Shown: positions 29,401 through 44,399, numbered from the stretch's first letter. The stretch is 64,000 nucleotides of DNA from Cycas panzhihuaensis (GCA_023213395.1 CM041465.1:192083741-192147740); one strand, 5' to 3'. The notes: a model not told the origin generated them from the sequence alone. Numbers and translations are program-made.

Positions 29401-30365
29401 GCTTTCCTTTATGGCCCTCTTTCTTATAGTAATTGCATTTACCTATGAACTTCTTCTTCTCCTGAGAGGTTTCACATATCTTTTGTGTAGATTTGCCCTC
29501 CTAAACTACATCCTTTCTTTGAGTCTTCAGACCAAAACCCAATTTGAACTAGAACTAGAAAGCATCCCATGATGCTTTAACTTGGCATCTCCTACTAGAA
29601 TTAGGTTTTTCAGTGACTCAAATAATTCACCTTCCATAACTTCATTTCTTGCATAGATAGTTTAGAATGTTCTAAATGTAGTAGGCAACTTTGACATAAT
29701 AATGGCAAAAAGTAAGATATCATCAATTGAGTTTGACTTCAATTCATCCATCATATTCCTCAAATCAGTGATTTTATTCAGGTAAGAACTAATGTTGTTC
29801 TTATCTTCTACCTTAGAATTCAACAATTCCATCATAAGAATACCATGACAATTGGTTTTCTTCTTCTCAAATGTCTCACATAGTTTGGTCTAGATTTCAT
29901 ATGGAGTTTCAAGGTTGTGGATTAAAGCTCTCTAATCTAGAGCCAAAGATAACAAATAACCCTATAGACATGAATTATTTCTCCTTAGAATGAATACATT
30001 CTCTCTCATCTAAGGGAATACTTAATGATTCAAATTTAGTAATTCCCCAAAGCTAGTTAACCATGAGGACCAGTTCCATATTTGCCCTCTATTCATTGAA
30101 GTTATTCCTATTAAAAGTAATCAATGGAACCAACTTCTCTATGACTTAGAAATGGTAAATATAAGACCCTAAACCAATCTCCAATAGGTTGTATTCCCTC
30201 ACATAATAATTTATTCAATCACACAAAGTTTAAAGCTTCATAAAATAGATAAACACTTAAAAATATGCCAATAAATTGCTAAAGAAAAGAATAAATCTAA
30301 ACACTTCTCCATAAGTTTGATTTAATAATACTATTATAAAAATTAAATAAAACACCTTGAATCAA

Positions 30366-33300
30366 TGATCGCAGTGGAGTGTGATTGGTAAAGAAATCAA
30401 TTACCAATCTTTTCCTCGAGATCTAAGGTGTTAGTGTAAAATTCTCAATAACATCAATAAAAGAGTGAATCCATAAAATGATACTCTACACTAACTCATG
30501 CATACTTGTCATTACTCCGAGGTAAGAAGAATAATACTTTTATTAAGCTAGAAAAACCTTCATTTAATGGTGGAGAAAACAACTAGCAAAGAATATGCAA
30601 GTTATAATAAAGAAATGATATATAATACCACAAGGGCCTCCAACTTCCTAAGACTCCTTCAATGAAGCTCTCACTCTCCAAAATGGATGCTTAAAGTGTT
30701 GAAATTTGCCTTCTTTATGGTCTCCAACACCTTCTAAGTGTTGCCTCAATATTGCTCCCAAGTCAAGTGTCTCTCATACACAAGAACCAAGTATCCAACA
30801 TTGTAAATGAGCTCAATAGAGTTTAATTTATAGAAATAAATCTATGAACAACCAAGATGCATGCGTTCCAAGTGGCATTCATGAAAGTCCAATCACCAAC
30901 AACCAAAATGCATGTTATCCAAGTGACATTCATGTAAATTTAAAAACTTGTAGCTTGGTACCTAGTGCTAACAAACTCCAATTGAGCTCAAATTTTGTAT
31001 ACATATAGATGCAAATGTATCCTTTATATCCTAAAAGTTTCAGATAATTTAGATATCATTTGCCTCTATTTTCACTTATTTAAAAATAGTATGTGTTTGT
31101 CATTTTTTTGATAGTTGTGGGAGCTATTTTCTACAAAACAAGGCTTTCCATCTAATCAAATGCTATTTTTTGGACCCCTATTTTTTCACATGTCTTCTTC
31201 CTTTCCATAAAATTTCACATTATTTTGACACCATTTGGTCCTATTTCTTTTAGTTGTACCAATGCCTAGTATTTTTTGCTTCTTGTAGATATAAGATAGA
31301 TCCTCTTATATCATGGCTCCCCTTCCTTGGAAAACAACCAACTCCTACTTGGCTTAGAATTGAAGATGGGGGAAGCGTTGTTCTCCTTGTTGCCTACTAA
31401 ATCACTTGGCCTTACTAGACAACTATCATGCTCCTCCAATCGTAAAAGATTCATGTGTCTTATATCTTGTTTTAGTGGATTTTCTCTCCAAGATATAATC
31501 CTCCTTAAGAGGTTCCTCACTCTCCAAATATAAGTCATCAACTGAAGGTAAAGTGAACTGGTCTTGCTCCTCATATAGTATGAATAGCTCAAAGAGTTTC
31601 AAATATTCAATAATTTACTACTGAATATATTTTCATATAAGGTGGAAGATCAAGTTTGAAAGCATTGCCACTTACTTTTCTCAAAATCTTGAATGGTCCA
31701 TACCTAATAGGTTTGAGTTTCTTGCCTTCTCCTTTCAACCTCTCCTTGCTTAAGTATAACCATACCAAATCTCCTTCTTGAAAGGTACACTCTTGCCTAT
31801 GCTTGTCATGTCTTTCCTTATACTTTTACTGAGTCCTTAGAAGTTGATCATGTACTTCTTTGTGGACTCTTTGGATCTTCTCCAAGTATCTTAAAGCCTT
31901 AGCATGCCCCTCCTTCTCTTTGGTAGATCCTTCCTTAACTTGTATGGAACACTCCAACTCAAATAGACTTTGAGGCAAGTATCCCAAACAAAATTCAAAG
32001 GTTCTTTAGAGTGTGATGAATGCATTTCCCTATTAAATGCAAATTGTAGAAAAGCCAATGCTATCCCAAGTTTTTAGATGCTTGGAATTGTATCCCCTCA
32101 GCAAATATACCAAAGTTCTATTCACTACTTTGGTTTATCCATTTGTTTGAAGATGAAAATTTGTACTCCTCTTCAATTTAGTGTCCATCATCTCCCATAG
32201 TATTTTCCAAAATGATAAAAAGAATCGAGTGTCCTTATCAGAAATGATAGAAGAAGGCAAGCCAAATTTCTTCTATACATGCTCAAAGAACAACTTAGCT
32301 GCCCCTGCTCCTATGATTGTCTTCTTACAAGGTATTAAATATATCATTTTGTTAAACCTATCTACAACAACAAAGAGATAGTCATGTCCCTTTTTAGTCA
32401 TGGGAAGTCCCCCTAAGAAATCTATAAAGATACTTTCCCAAGGCCTAGTGGGAATAGGTAGTGGTGTATACAATCCTAAGTTTCTAGTAGAAGGCTTAGA
32501 AGTATTACGCACTACACATCCTTTTACATATTTGCTTACATCATTTTATATCTTTGGCCATACAACATATCTTCTCAAGTTTGTTAAAGTCTTCTCTACA
32601 CCAAAATGACCAGTTACTTTAGAAGTATGGGCTTCTAAGCCACTTGATCTTGTCTCCTTTTAATGGAACATAGAGCTGCTCCCATTTGAAAAGTAGACCA
32701 TCCTCCAATCAAGATGGGAAGGTCTTCCTTTCGCTAAGTTCTCTAATTCTCCCTTTAAGGATTCATCTTCATGGTATAGGTCTTTATACTCTTCATGATG
32801 GATTAGCTCCACCTTCAAACTCATAAGAGAACTACAAACAAAAGTAGAAGAAGAAGAAGAAGAAGTGGAATAAGGTGGTCTATATAAGATATCAATAATT
32901 TTGTTAGTAGATCACTTTTTATACTTAATTATAATATTGAATTATTATAAATAACTCATCTACTCTTACTTGCTATAATTTACTTTGGGTTTACAAAAAT
33001 TGAAGAGGCTTATGGTTGGTATGAACTACAACCTCTTTTTTAAGCAAGTAGGACATCCAATGCTTGCATACTTGATGTAGTGTAAACATTTCCCGATCAT
33101 ATGTTGGATAGTTTTTCACTTGAGGAGTGAAGACTTTCGAATGGTAAGCAATAGGCTTTCCATCTTAAATAAGGATAACTCCTATTGCATTTCCACTTGC
33201 ATCAACTTCTACTTCAAAAGTCCTTTGTAAATTTGGCATTGCCAAAATTGATGCTTCACAAATTTTCTTCTTTAAAAGAAGAAAAGTTTCTTTCTCCTTA

Positions 33301-36300
33301 GAACCCCAAGCAAATTTTTTACTAACTTTTGTCAATCCATACAGAGGTGTTGCAACTTGAAAAATGAAGAATAAACTTTCTCAAGTATTAACAAGCTCCT
33401 AAAAAACTTCTCACCTCTGTGATGTTGGTTGGCCTAGGCCATTTGAGGATGGCTTGAGTTTTGAATGGATCGATGCTTAACTTTCCTACTCTAATTACAA
33501 AGCCTAAGAAGACTAAGTTCTCCTTGCCAAATTCACATTTCTTCACATTAATCTTCAAATGATTCTTAGCCAAAGTCTTCAAAACTTCTTCTATATGCTG
33601 CAAATGTTCCTCCCATGTGTTGTTAAAATTAAAATATCATCAAGATAAACAACAATAAAATTATCCAAGTAAGGCCTTAACACTTTATTCATTAGCCTCA
33701 TGAATATTATAGGAATATTGTGTAATCCGAAAGGCATAACCATCCATTCAAAGAGTTCTTGCTTTGTTTTGAAGGCTATCTTCCTTTGACCGTAACTTGG
33801 TGATAACTACTTTTCAAATCCAACGTAGTAAAATAACAAGCATGTTAAATTTGATTAAGCAAATCATCTATGTGAGGTAATGGATAGTAATTTTTAATTA
33901 TGATTTTATTCAAAGCATGAAAGTCTACACACATTCTCCATCTTCCATCCTTCTTAGACACCAAGACAATTGGTGACCCATAAGGTGAACATGAAGGTCT
34001 TATGACCCCTTGATCAAGTAACTCCTTAACTTGCCTCTCTATAATGGATTGCCTATACAAAGTAATATTAGGCAATGGTGCATCTCCTACAAGAGTGATT
34101 TCATACTCTACCTTTCTCTTTGGTAATAACCCATAAACATGTTGAAATAGAATGTCATACCTTGTCTTCAACTCCTCAATTTGTTGCATTTGTTTAGGTG
34201 ACACAAGAAGAGTATGAGTAGAAGGGTCTCTTTCATGTCTTGGCTCTTCTTTGCTTCTTACCATTAAGATGATAAATTTGCCACATGCATTGGTCATCCT
34301 TTTTGCTTAAGTGGCTGAAATTAATGTCATCTTGTCCAAGTGCTTCTTTGTAGCCTTTATGATGAAGCCCTTGTTATCCTTCATCAATCAGTGCTTTCTC
34401 TCCCTTCAATATAAAAGTGCATCTTGATCCCACAAGTAGGGACTCCTAAGTACAATATGGCATACATCTAAAGGTACCATATCATATATCACTTCATCAA
34501 CAAAAGCATTGGTAATGAAAAATTTAAGTGTACATTGTTTTAATATTTATATTTCTACATTGTTTTGATATTTGCATTTGTACATCTTTATGGATCCAAC
34601 CAAGAGGATATGGATGAGGGTGAGGAGTAATTCTTGACCCAATGCTCTTCACCAAATTTTTTGAGATCAAATTCTTTTGGCTTCTCAGATCTATCCTAGC
34701 ACCAATAGTATTATTTCCTACTTGAAGCTTCAAGTGAAATAATTCCTCCTTTATAACATCATCTCCATAATTCGTAAGTAGAGTAGCCTTCTCTTCTTCT
34801 CTTTCACTTTGAAGCTCCACCTCAAAAAGTAGTGCTTTCCCTTTTTCCTTCTTTCTTGATTTCATGTTCTTAATATGCTTTGGCTTTAGCTCACGGATGC
34901 AAATTCTAACACTTTGTTGCAACATGTCCACTAATATCACAATGCTCACAATAGTTAGAACTTTGAATAAAATTAGTTCTTTTCTTCTTTGCTTCTTGCC
35001 TTTTAGATGAGTGTAATTTAGGATTCTTTTCATGCTTATTAGAAGTAAAAGTAGAATTTTTAGATATAAGTGTAGGTTTTTTGCTTTTACTTTATATTGC
35101 AATAGTTATTTTACTTATTTTTCTAATGGATTAAACCTTAAAAAGCCTTAGTTCCTTCCTTATGTAATCATGTAATCCTCCATGAATTTCATGAGAGTGC
35201 TATGTTCATCCACATTAATACCAAGTAACATGCCATGCTTGAAAAATAAAGAAGTATAGTCTTGGATATATACACCTCTCCTTGGCATAAATATTACTAA
35301 GTGATGCATTGGTCTTCCTCATGATCTATGGGATAGTATTGCTTCTTTATTTCTTTCATAAAATTCATCAAAAAAAAAGAAGATACATCATGAGTTTTCA
35401 AATATGCATTCCACTATATCAATGTATGTTTCCATAACTTGAGCCTAGAAAATGAAAGCTTTTGAGCATTACTATAAGTATAAATTGTGAAGTAGGTTTC
35501 AATTTAATCTAACCAATGGTCTAACTTTTTAACATTTACCTCTCTATCATAAGTTGGAATATTCAACTTTGCCTCCACCTTGAAGGGTTGATAAAATGAA
35601 GTACCCTTGCTTTCTTTAAATAAGTGCTTTAAGGTCTCCTCCTCTTCTTCTTCATGGTTTTGGTCATCCATGGATCCTCCTTCAACTTCCTTCTATTTCC
35701 CTTTGCCCTTAACTAGAGGTAGAAGTTAGGTCATCATTTACATCAAAACTTCTATGTTCTTCTCAAGCTTCTCAAATCTGATTTCTCTATCTTTTTCAGC
35801 CATGGTTCTTAATTTTTTTCTTTATTTTGTTGGTGATTGTAACACAAGAAAAACTTCTCCTTTCTCTTGGTATCCTTTTCTTATTTGTACCATTCAAGTC
35901 CCTACAACAAAGATCACATGCTCTGATACCAAAAATATGATCCCAAAGTGGAGTGTGATTGGTGAAGAAATTAATTACCAATATTTTTCCTTGAGATCCT
36001 AAGGTATTAATGTAAAATTTCCAATAACATTAATAAAAGAGTGAGTCCATAAAAGGATACTCTACACCAACTCATATATACTTGCCCTTACTCCAAGGTA
36101 AAAAGAATGATACTTTTATGAAGCTAAAAAAACCTCTATTTAATGGTAGAAAAAGATAACTAACAAAGAATAGGTAAGTTACAAGGAAGAAATTGTATAA
36201 TAATACCACAAGGGGCCTCCTACTTCCTAAGACTCCTTCAATAAAGCTCCCACTCTCCAAAATGGATACTTAAAGTGCTAAAATTTACCTCCTCTTTGGT

Positions 36301-36906
36301 CTCCAAGACCTTTCAAGTGCTGCCTCAATGTTGCTCCCAAGTCAAGTGTCTCTCACACATAAGAACCAAGTCTTAAACATTGTAAATAAGCTCAATAGGG
36401 CTCAATTTATAGAAAGAAATCCATAAACAACCAAGATGCATATGTTCCAAGTTGCATTCATGCAAGTCCAATTACCAACAATCAAAATGCATGTTATATA
36501 AGTGACATTCACTCAATTTTAAAAAGTTGCAACTTGGTACCTAGGGCTAAAAAACTCCAATTGAGGTCAAATTTGGTATACATAGAGATGCATGTGTCCC
36601 CTTTATGTACTAAAAATTTTAGCTCATTTGGATATTATTTTCCCCTATTTTTACTAATTTAAAAATGGTATGTATTTGTTATATTTTTTATGGTTGTGGG
36701 TGCTATTTTCTGTAAAACAAGGCTTGCAATCTAACCAACTGATATGTTTTGAATCCCACCTTTTGCAAATATGTAGTGGGATGTGTCTTTGTCATTTCCA
36801 TAAAATTTCATATTATTTAGACACATTTTGGTCCTATTTCTTTTAGTTGTGCCAATGCCTAGCATTTTCTACTTCCTATAGACATAAGGTAGATCCTCCT
36901 AGATCA
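30366..36906 (-). mobile_element. Full-length decayed CRM-like Ty3/Gypsy; LTRs 30366-31313 and 35938-36906; TSD ATCAA
   Basis: ATCAA at 30361-30365 and 36907-36911; TGAT...ATCA termini; PBS complement GCTCTGATACCA 35920-35931; PPT 31314-31330; protease region IDLRSQKNLIS...PHPHPYPLGWI; RT SPYGSPIVLVSKKDGRWRMCVDF. Confidence 0.95.
35920..35931 (-). promoter_or_regulatory. Primer-binding site for initiator tRNA-Met
   Basis: TGGTATCAGAGC on the minus strand, 6 bp from the 5' LTR. Confidence 0.9.
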
Positions 36907-37136
36907 ATCAATATAAAACCGATGTAATGATTAACAACTTCTATTTGCCCAAGCTACTTATGCATGCTTAATCTCAATAACACACCCTTTTATCAATATA
37001 ATAAAGTAGATATTTCTCATAATAACCATAAATATTTTCAATAAAGAATACCCAAAACTTGTCACATGTCACATACATTTCACAATGTATAATCACTGTA
37101 GTGTGCCTACTTGAAAAGATACTTAATGAATCCCTT

Positions 37137-37162
<26 letters not shown>
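37137..37162. repeat. (TA)n microsatellite
   Basis: Direct reading. Confidence 0.95.
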
Positions 37163-37167
<5 letters not shown>

Positions 37168-37249
37168 ATCAACAAAAAAAAAGGCCTTAAAATAAAATTG
37201 TGCCAACTTTATTCAAAACACCTTATCACATTCATATCAACAAAGGGCG

Positions 37250-37398
<149 letters not shown>

Positions 37399-38744
37399 GT
37401 CTTATCAAAGGGTAATTAAATTTATTAAATTAATGAGCAACTTTGATAAATCAATGGTGATATCAAAATATGGTGAACAACTCAATGATTGAACCAATAT
37501 CATTATGTAAAAGACTGATATCAATATAATTTAGGGTAAAATGCATATATAAGAAAAATACCTTATTTTGCCATAATATTCATAGCTCTACAACTCCAAA
37601 CTTTACATCGATCTATGTCTCTCCACGTAATGCAAAGGCATCTCAATCTTTCATTGTGTCTCTTTGATGTAAATGACTAACTCTCCTAAGCACACATAAC
37701 ATAATGGATAACAACAATTGTGAGTAAGAATATCTTCCAGTAATCTATAGTCTCAGATGTAAATTAGCATGACATCAAACATCCACTATCTATGATATAG
37801 CTCAACTAAGGTGACTTAATCTACATCGACTTCATCTACAATTAAATACAACTAGGAAACTATAATATACACCATATAGACTATCTTTGGCTGCAATATA
37901 GCTTTAACTATCACTCCACCAGTGGTGCAATAGAAACTCCTCATGGCTATAGCATAATCTATGTGTTTATAGAAATGACATCTCTATTGTTGACTATAAT
38001 TTACCTTAGCAATTGCTAACACACAACAAAAGGACAGGCAACTCTCTTGATCATCTTTAATCTATGGCCATCTTAATTACTATTTATAGAACTAGCATGT
38101 TATATATCTCTTATCTAGTAACTGAGTAATCAAAGGTTGTATCTATAGAAGTAGGGGGTAATAGGTAACCCTTTGTACTGAGACATGTGCACAAGATAAA
38201 GCAATCTCCTATACTCTTCTACACACTACTGAGGACTAACGAACCCTTACAAAATAGGTAACAGAAGGTATCGAGAGTTTGCACATTATCACTACACTCT
38301 CTGGTTGTCCTTTTGGCTATTAGAGAAGATAATCCTCAATGAAAGGTGGAGCTAGCATAACTTGGCAACCTATAATCTATAAATCTTTGCCCAACACATG
38401 CCTACTTATGCATGACCATCTACTTTGATACCATGTTAGAAATCATAGATAAATAGATTGTTCATGTACACAACAAGCACAAAATGAACATACATACAAT
38501 AGAATATATGTGGGAAACCTTGCAATAAAAATTCACCATAAAATATAGATTACATTACTATAGAATAATGTAAGGTACAATGAACTTTAGATCCCTCTAT
38601 ATAGATCCATAAGTGCCTCAAATAATACATTGATATTATATCTGTCGTCTCATAATAATATCAGAATATTACACCATAATATTTGCACAATATTTTGCCA
38701 TGTTTACATTAGTCAAGATAAGTGGATATAATGTCACTTTGACA

Positions 38745-39695
38745 TAGAAGCATTGATATAGGAAGAACATTTATAGGATCCATCCATGCCAGAAAGTTAC
38801 ATGTAACTATCACACCCAAACACCTAACATAGAGTATATTGTTCCATTATAAATTAAGAAATAACTCATAGGTACAATAATTACTAATCAATGGAGTTGA
38901 TGCAAAGAATAGGCTATCACTAGAGATATTTTGGCTTCTACTTGTAATTTAAGAGATAGGTTAACATTGGAGATATTTTGGCTCCCATTTACAATCCAAG
39001 AGGTGAATACTTGTAGAAGAAGAGAGAGTAGATAGGGGATAGAGGAGGAGAGGGAGAAATTTTTGAAATTCTTTTCTTATATTTTTTGAAAAGACTTTCC
39101 AATATAAGTTTATTTTTTTTGTTGCTTTTGTATTGTAAAATGAGGGTTTCTAAAGGGAAGAGTTAAAACGCTATAGAGTTTTATTTATAGACTAAATTTG
39201 GAGGAAGTGTTGATCATTAATTTGTTTAAAAGACTAAACACCATTAACAAGTGCATCACTGTTATAATGCTTTAACTTAAATGGGAGATATTTTATACAA
39301 TCATATAGTTTTCTTCTTTTATGTTTCATAGCTACCCTAAAAGAGGAAAATAGTTATGATGTTATGAAATTAATAATCCTAATATTCTAGCTTTAGTTAT
39401 TCCTTATATTTCTTTCAAGATTATTTTTATCATTGAAAAGTATAAAGTGTATGTTAAGGTTTTCTAGTTGTACTTTACTCTTTTTATTGGTGGTTTATCT
39501 TTTAAAAAGTAAATGGAGTTTGATTAGTTTTCCATATTTTCTTTGTCAATAATTTTAAAAGCATTACTAGAAAGGGTTAGTTGATAAGTGGTCATTTTTG
39601 TTAATACCTTTATACTGACAATAAATCTATTTTAGAATCTTTAGCTTAATAGTGGAGCTTAACATAGGTTTTAGGAAATAAATTTATAAAGACCC
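38745..39695 (+). repeat. Continuation of the ancient LTR after the Copia insertion
   Basis: GAAAGTTACAT...CTAATCAATGGAG...CATTGGAGATATTTTGGCTCCCA (38790-38990) matches 61910-62110. Sequence after ~39040 has no partner in the window. Confidence 0.7.
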
Positions 39696-40097
39696 TATTG
39701 GAGTTAATTGTTATCACTCCATTCCCACCTTCCAACTAAGGGAGCACACCTCATCATCTTCAATTTACACATGTGAGTGCTCAATATGTGTAGGTAAGTT
39801 AAGGTGAGTTTATGTTAATTTGAGTTAAGTTCACTTTAAGTTAAGTTTATATTATTTTATTATAATTTAAATTTCAGGGGTTGAGGAGTTTCCCTCCTCC
39901 CCCAAAATTATAAATATTGAGAGGTGTGCAACCTTGATATATTTAGACACCACCTTCATTTGGAAATTTTGTAATGCTCACTTATCACAATGGATTGAAT
40001 ATAGAAGTTTTATGTGTTTATACTATAACAATATATTGATGTATTGAAGATTACTTTATGTTCTGCCATGTTCTTCTTGCATATTATTTCCAACATT

Positions 40098-40233
40098 TGG
40101 TATTAGAGCTTAGTTTAACTCCATTTTATTTCCTTCATTTGGTATCAGAGCTACTTGGGGCTCCATTGTTTTCTTACATTTGGTATCAGAGCACTTGGAG
40201 CTACATTATTTTTCCTTCATTTGGTATCGGAGC
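40098..40233 (+). repeat. Tandem array of four tRNA-Met PBS motifs (period 41-42 bp) at the 5' LTR end
   Basis: TGGTAT(C/T)(A/G)GAGC at 40098, 40140, 40181 and 40222, each preceded by CATT. Confidence 0.93.
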
Positions 40234-41460
40234 AGACGATTGCTGGCATGCTAAAGTTTTTGTGAAGAAGGAAAGTTTATTGGCATTTTGAGGCATATTT
40301 GCTCACAACAATAAATATTGGTTATATTTATCTTCTACAATTTTTTTTAGCAAGTTTCTTATATTAATTTATTAAGATTTGCATATTCTTAAGTTATATT
40401 AGTGAAATAACAAAGATATTTCAGATTTCTTCAAATTTGTGAAGGAGATTAGTAACAAGCTACATTTATTTAAGTTTTTTCTCAGATATGGCATATTTTT
40501 CTTCAGATCTACTACATATTTTTTTAGATCTATAACATTTATTCAAGTTTTCTTTCAGATCTGCAATATTTATCAATTTATTTTTTCAGATCTGCTTGTT
40601 TCAGTAATTATTTGACCATTTTTCTAGTATATTTATTTCAGATCTATAACATTTGGTTCAGATTTGCTATATTTTATTTCAGATTTGTATTTTTAATTAT
40701 ATATTTAGCCATATTTGCAAGTTCTCTTTCAGATCTACAGGTTTCTAGTGTATATTCAACCTAAAAACCCTTTTGGAGAAGTTATATTACAACATTTATT
40801 GTCTATTTCACTATTTTCTTCAGATTTTGGGTAGCTACAACACATTAGTTTGATTATTTATATCAAATTTTAAACTTTACGTATTATAAAGTTTATTTGA
40901 TTAAAAATTTTTATATTATTTTTATTTTTCACATTTTTTATTTTTGGGCGACTTGATCCATTGGTTTGGAAAACTTATGTAATAGATATGCCACTCAAAA
41001 CCCTAGTAAGTGACCACTTGTTGTGATCATTACTGGGTTAGCAAGCTAGTGAAAGAGATGGTTTGAGTTTTTGCTGATCAGACAACAAGATATATCATCT
41101 AGATTGACTGCTACTCTATTTTAGTCTCCACTCGATCTGTAAGCTTGTTCTCAGTGCAGAAGCAATAGATCGCTTTGAAATTTTACTAGTACCTGGCTGT
41201 CTAAGACATTCTACTACCTATAAAATTTTGTCTCATTTGGTGGCCTGTACAGGGAGATCCTACCTCCAAAACAATTAAAACCCTAGTTTATTAGGTTTTT
41301 TCATCATTTTCTCACTATTTTTTGAAATATTTTTAAAAATTTTATGAAATCTATATTTTCCTAGTTGGGCACCTCTCTGTAGGTCGATCTCAACCAGATC
41401 TAAGCTCTGTTCATCTCTGTTACTCACTATTTCCTCTGTGCAGGCGTGGTTCCTTTTTCC

Positions 41461-41503
<43 letters not shown>
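41461..41503. repeat. Compound (AT)n(GT)n microsatellite
   Basis: Direct reading. Confidence 0.95.
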
Positions 41504-41504
<1 letters not shown>

Positions 41505-43294
41505 ATTTTTTTAATCGTTTTTGAACTCCATTCAGCCTCGATCTATCTGGAGATCTCTGTCAAAGATCGATCCGTCTCCTTCTACCTTTGAATCGATTGA
41601 TTCACTCATCTTTTTATCAATCTTTTACCTCTATTTCGTTGTGCTGATCCATGACCATTCGTTTCATTTTCTCTATGTTTTATTTTTTATAAAGTTTAAA
41701 AATCAAAACATATTAAATAATATTTCGAATCTGACCCCTTAAAGGCTTAATCCCCCTTATCTCTTAGCCCCCGGTCACCAAACATTTTCATATAACTATT
41801 AGCAAGGGGCTAACATAAGTTTTAACACTTTTTTCCTTTTATTTTTTTTAAATTTTTAATTTTACATAGGGTTACTGGCAAATTTTTGCCATAACTCTTC
41901 ATTGGGTTATCGATTTCTGACGAAACCAGTTTCATTACATCAGAAATTTTTCGTAGATTGATTTTAACTATCATATGACCAATTTGGACTTGATTTGACC
42001 CTATCTCAGTCGATTTAAAGTCAGGCATTTATTTTTTGAGCATTTTTTAAACTTTTTACAAAATCACTTTTTCAACTGATTATATTTTACAACCGGGAGA
42101 TTATTTTTTACTCGGATCTGTTCCACAGTGATCTACATTCAGTAAACTTCATTACCAACTATTTATTTTATTTTTTAGAATTCATTTTGATCATTATTTT
42201 AATCACTAAATGTGGCACTTTAGTGTTTTTTAGCATTTTTTAAACCTTTTACCATAAAAGTACAAGTTACCATTTTCATTATAACTTTTTTATTTTGTAT
42301 CAAAATTTAGTCCCGCAACCGTTGGGAAGTTGACTCTATCCTTTTCAAATTGACATAGTTTTTTATACATTTTAATGTTATTTTACTAATTTTCAAAAGC
42401 ATCAAAGTAGAGGTACTTAATTATCTCAAACCTGGCATAATTACACATTTTGTGTATAGTATTTCTCAAAAAATTTAATTGAAAATATATTAAGTAGCTC
42501 TCCAAGATATATTTGATCATTTTTACAGAATTCTATAAATTTTTATTAACATTTGTATAAGTTTTTAAGCTCCTTGCTCTTGTTTTACCTCAAAAAGAGG
42601 CCTATAAATTTGGATCATCAAAATTTGACTTGTAGGAACCTACTTTCAAAACGGTTAGTTCTATTGGCTACATATTTTATTAATCTTCATACTGGTAAAG
42701 TTTCATGTTATTCTGATATCATTTAGTATACTTTTGAAGCTGCCCAACTTGATGTTATCCTTTAAACCTTTCTTTTAAGGAGTATAATACTTTTTTGTTC
42801 AAACGTTTCTTCATATTCATTATATTTCAAAATGAGAATACACATATATATTTCCGTTTCAGCATTATATATTATTATCAAGGCTAAGGATTTATTGTAT
42901 TGAGAGTTTATATTTATTCATTTAAAAAATCAAAGGTTAAGGATTATTCGTTTTATCATCAAAGTTACATTTCAGATTTGTATTGCTAAAAGAATCTTTA
43001 TTACATTCAAATTTACTCTTATATTCATTTTATTTCAAAGTTTATTTGAAAGGCATACTTATTTAAAATCCATTTTTATCATTATTGAAAGGATCATTTC
43101 CTTATTGTGCCTAGTTGATTGACTTTCTAAAGGGCATTACATCTCTCTAAAAAAGTTTATATGAAATCATCTATATTTATTAGTGCATTACATTTCTTTT
43201 GAAAAGTATATTTGACATCACATAAGTTTGTCATTTATTGACTTTATTTGATTTGATAAAAGCATACTCTTATGTACTAAAGTTTTTTGATAAA

Positions 43295-43831
43295 ATGACA
43301 GAATTTTCTATATTCGATGGGTAAAATTTTTCATTATGGCATAAGACTATGCAAGATTATTTCATTACACATGATCTATGGAAATATTTGCAGCATAAAT
43401 GTGATCTTAGTATTAAAGAAAATTTTAGAAAAGATAATGAAGTTTTAGGATTATTATTTTTCACTATAAATGATGATGCTTTTTCTATAGTTTCTAAATT
43501 AACTACTTCTAAATTCGTTTGGAATGTATTGATTTCTACTTATGGGGGAGATACCCTCAATGCATTTGATGTTACTTTTGATGAATATGTGAGACAAGTT
43601 TCAGAACAGGTGACTTGTCATGAAAAGACTAAGGACGATTCCAATCAAATATATGACCAACTTATTGATCCTCCATTTGAGGGGGAGAATGAATCTTATG
43701 ATATGATGGAGAATGAATCTTATGATATGACAGAAAATAGACCTAATGATATGATAGTTCAAAGTTTTTTTAATGCTCTAGTTGATAAACTCAAAGTTGC
43801 AGCTATTCTTTTTTGTATAAATCAAGCATAA
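43295..43831 (+). pseudogene. Truncated Copia-type gag with one in-frame stop at codon 10
   Basis: MTEFSIFDG*NFSLWHKTMQDYFITHDLW...KDNEVLGLLFFTINDDAFSIVSKLTTSKFVWNVL matches the Copia gag N-terminal pattern; internal ENESYDM duplication. Confidence 0.8.
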
Positions 43832-44399
43832 TTTACTCATAGTTTTTTTACATCATTCAATGGTAAAGAGACATATGTGACTATAATGATGAGAAGAGTT
43901 GATAAAGATTAGAATTTTAAAGTTTTTTTTTAAATACAAGTTCCATAAGTTTAAAGAGAATATACAAGTGTTTATGATGACCATTAAAGGGGAGAATGTT
44001 GGAGTTAATTGTCATCACTCCACTCCCACCTTCTAACTAGGGGAACACACCTCATCATCTTCAATTTACACATGTGGATGCTCAACATGTGTAGGTAAGT
44101 TAAGGTGAGTTTATGTTAATTTGAGTTAAGTTCACTTTAAGTTAAGTTTATATTATTTTATTGTAATTTGAATTTCAGGGGTTGAGGAGTTTCCCTCCTC
44201 CTCCAAAATTATAAATATTGAGGGGTGTTGAAACCATGGTGTCTTTAGATATCACCCTCATTTAGAAAATTTGTAATGCTCACTTATCACAATAGATTGA
44301 ATATAGAAGTTTCATGTATTTATGCTACAACAATATATTGATGTATTGAGGATTACTTTATGTTCTACCCTGTTCTCCTTGCATATTATTTCTAACATT

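Noticed and set aside
40098-40233. CRISPR-like repeat-spacer array
   Set aside because: The repeat is the 12-nt tRNA-Met PBS, the spacers are related to one another, no cas genes are present, and the context is a eukaryotic LTR.
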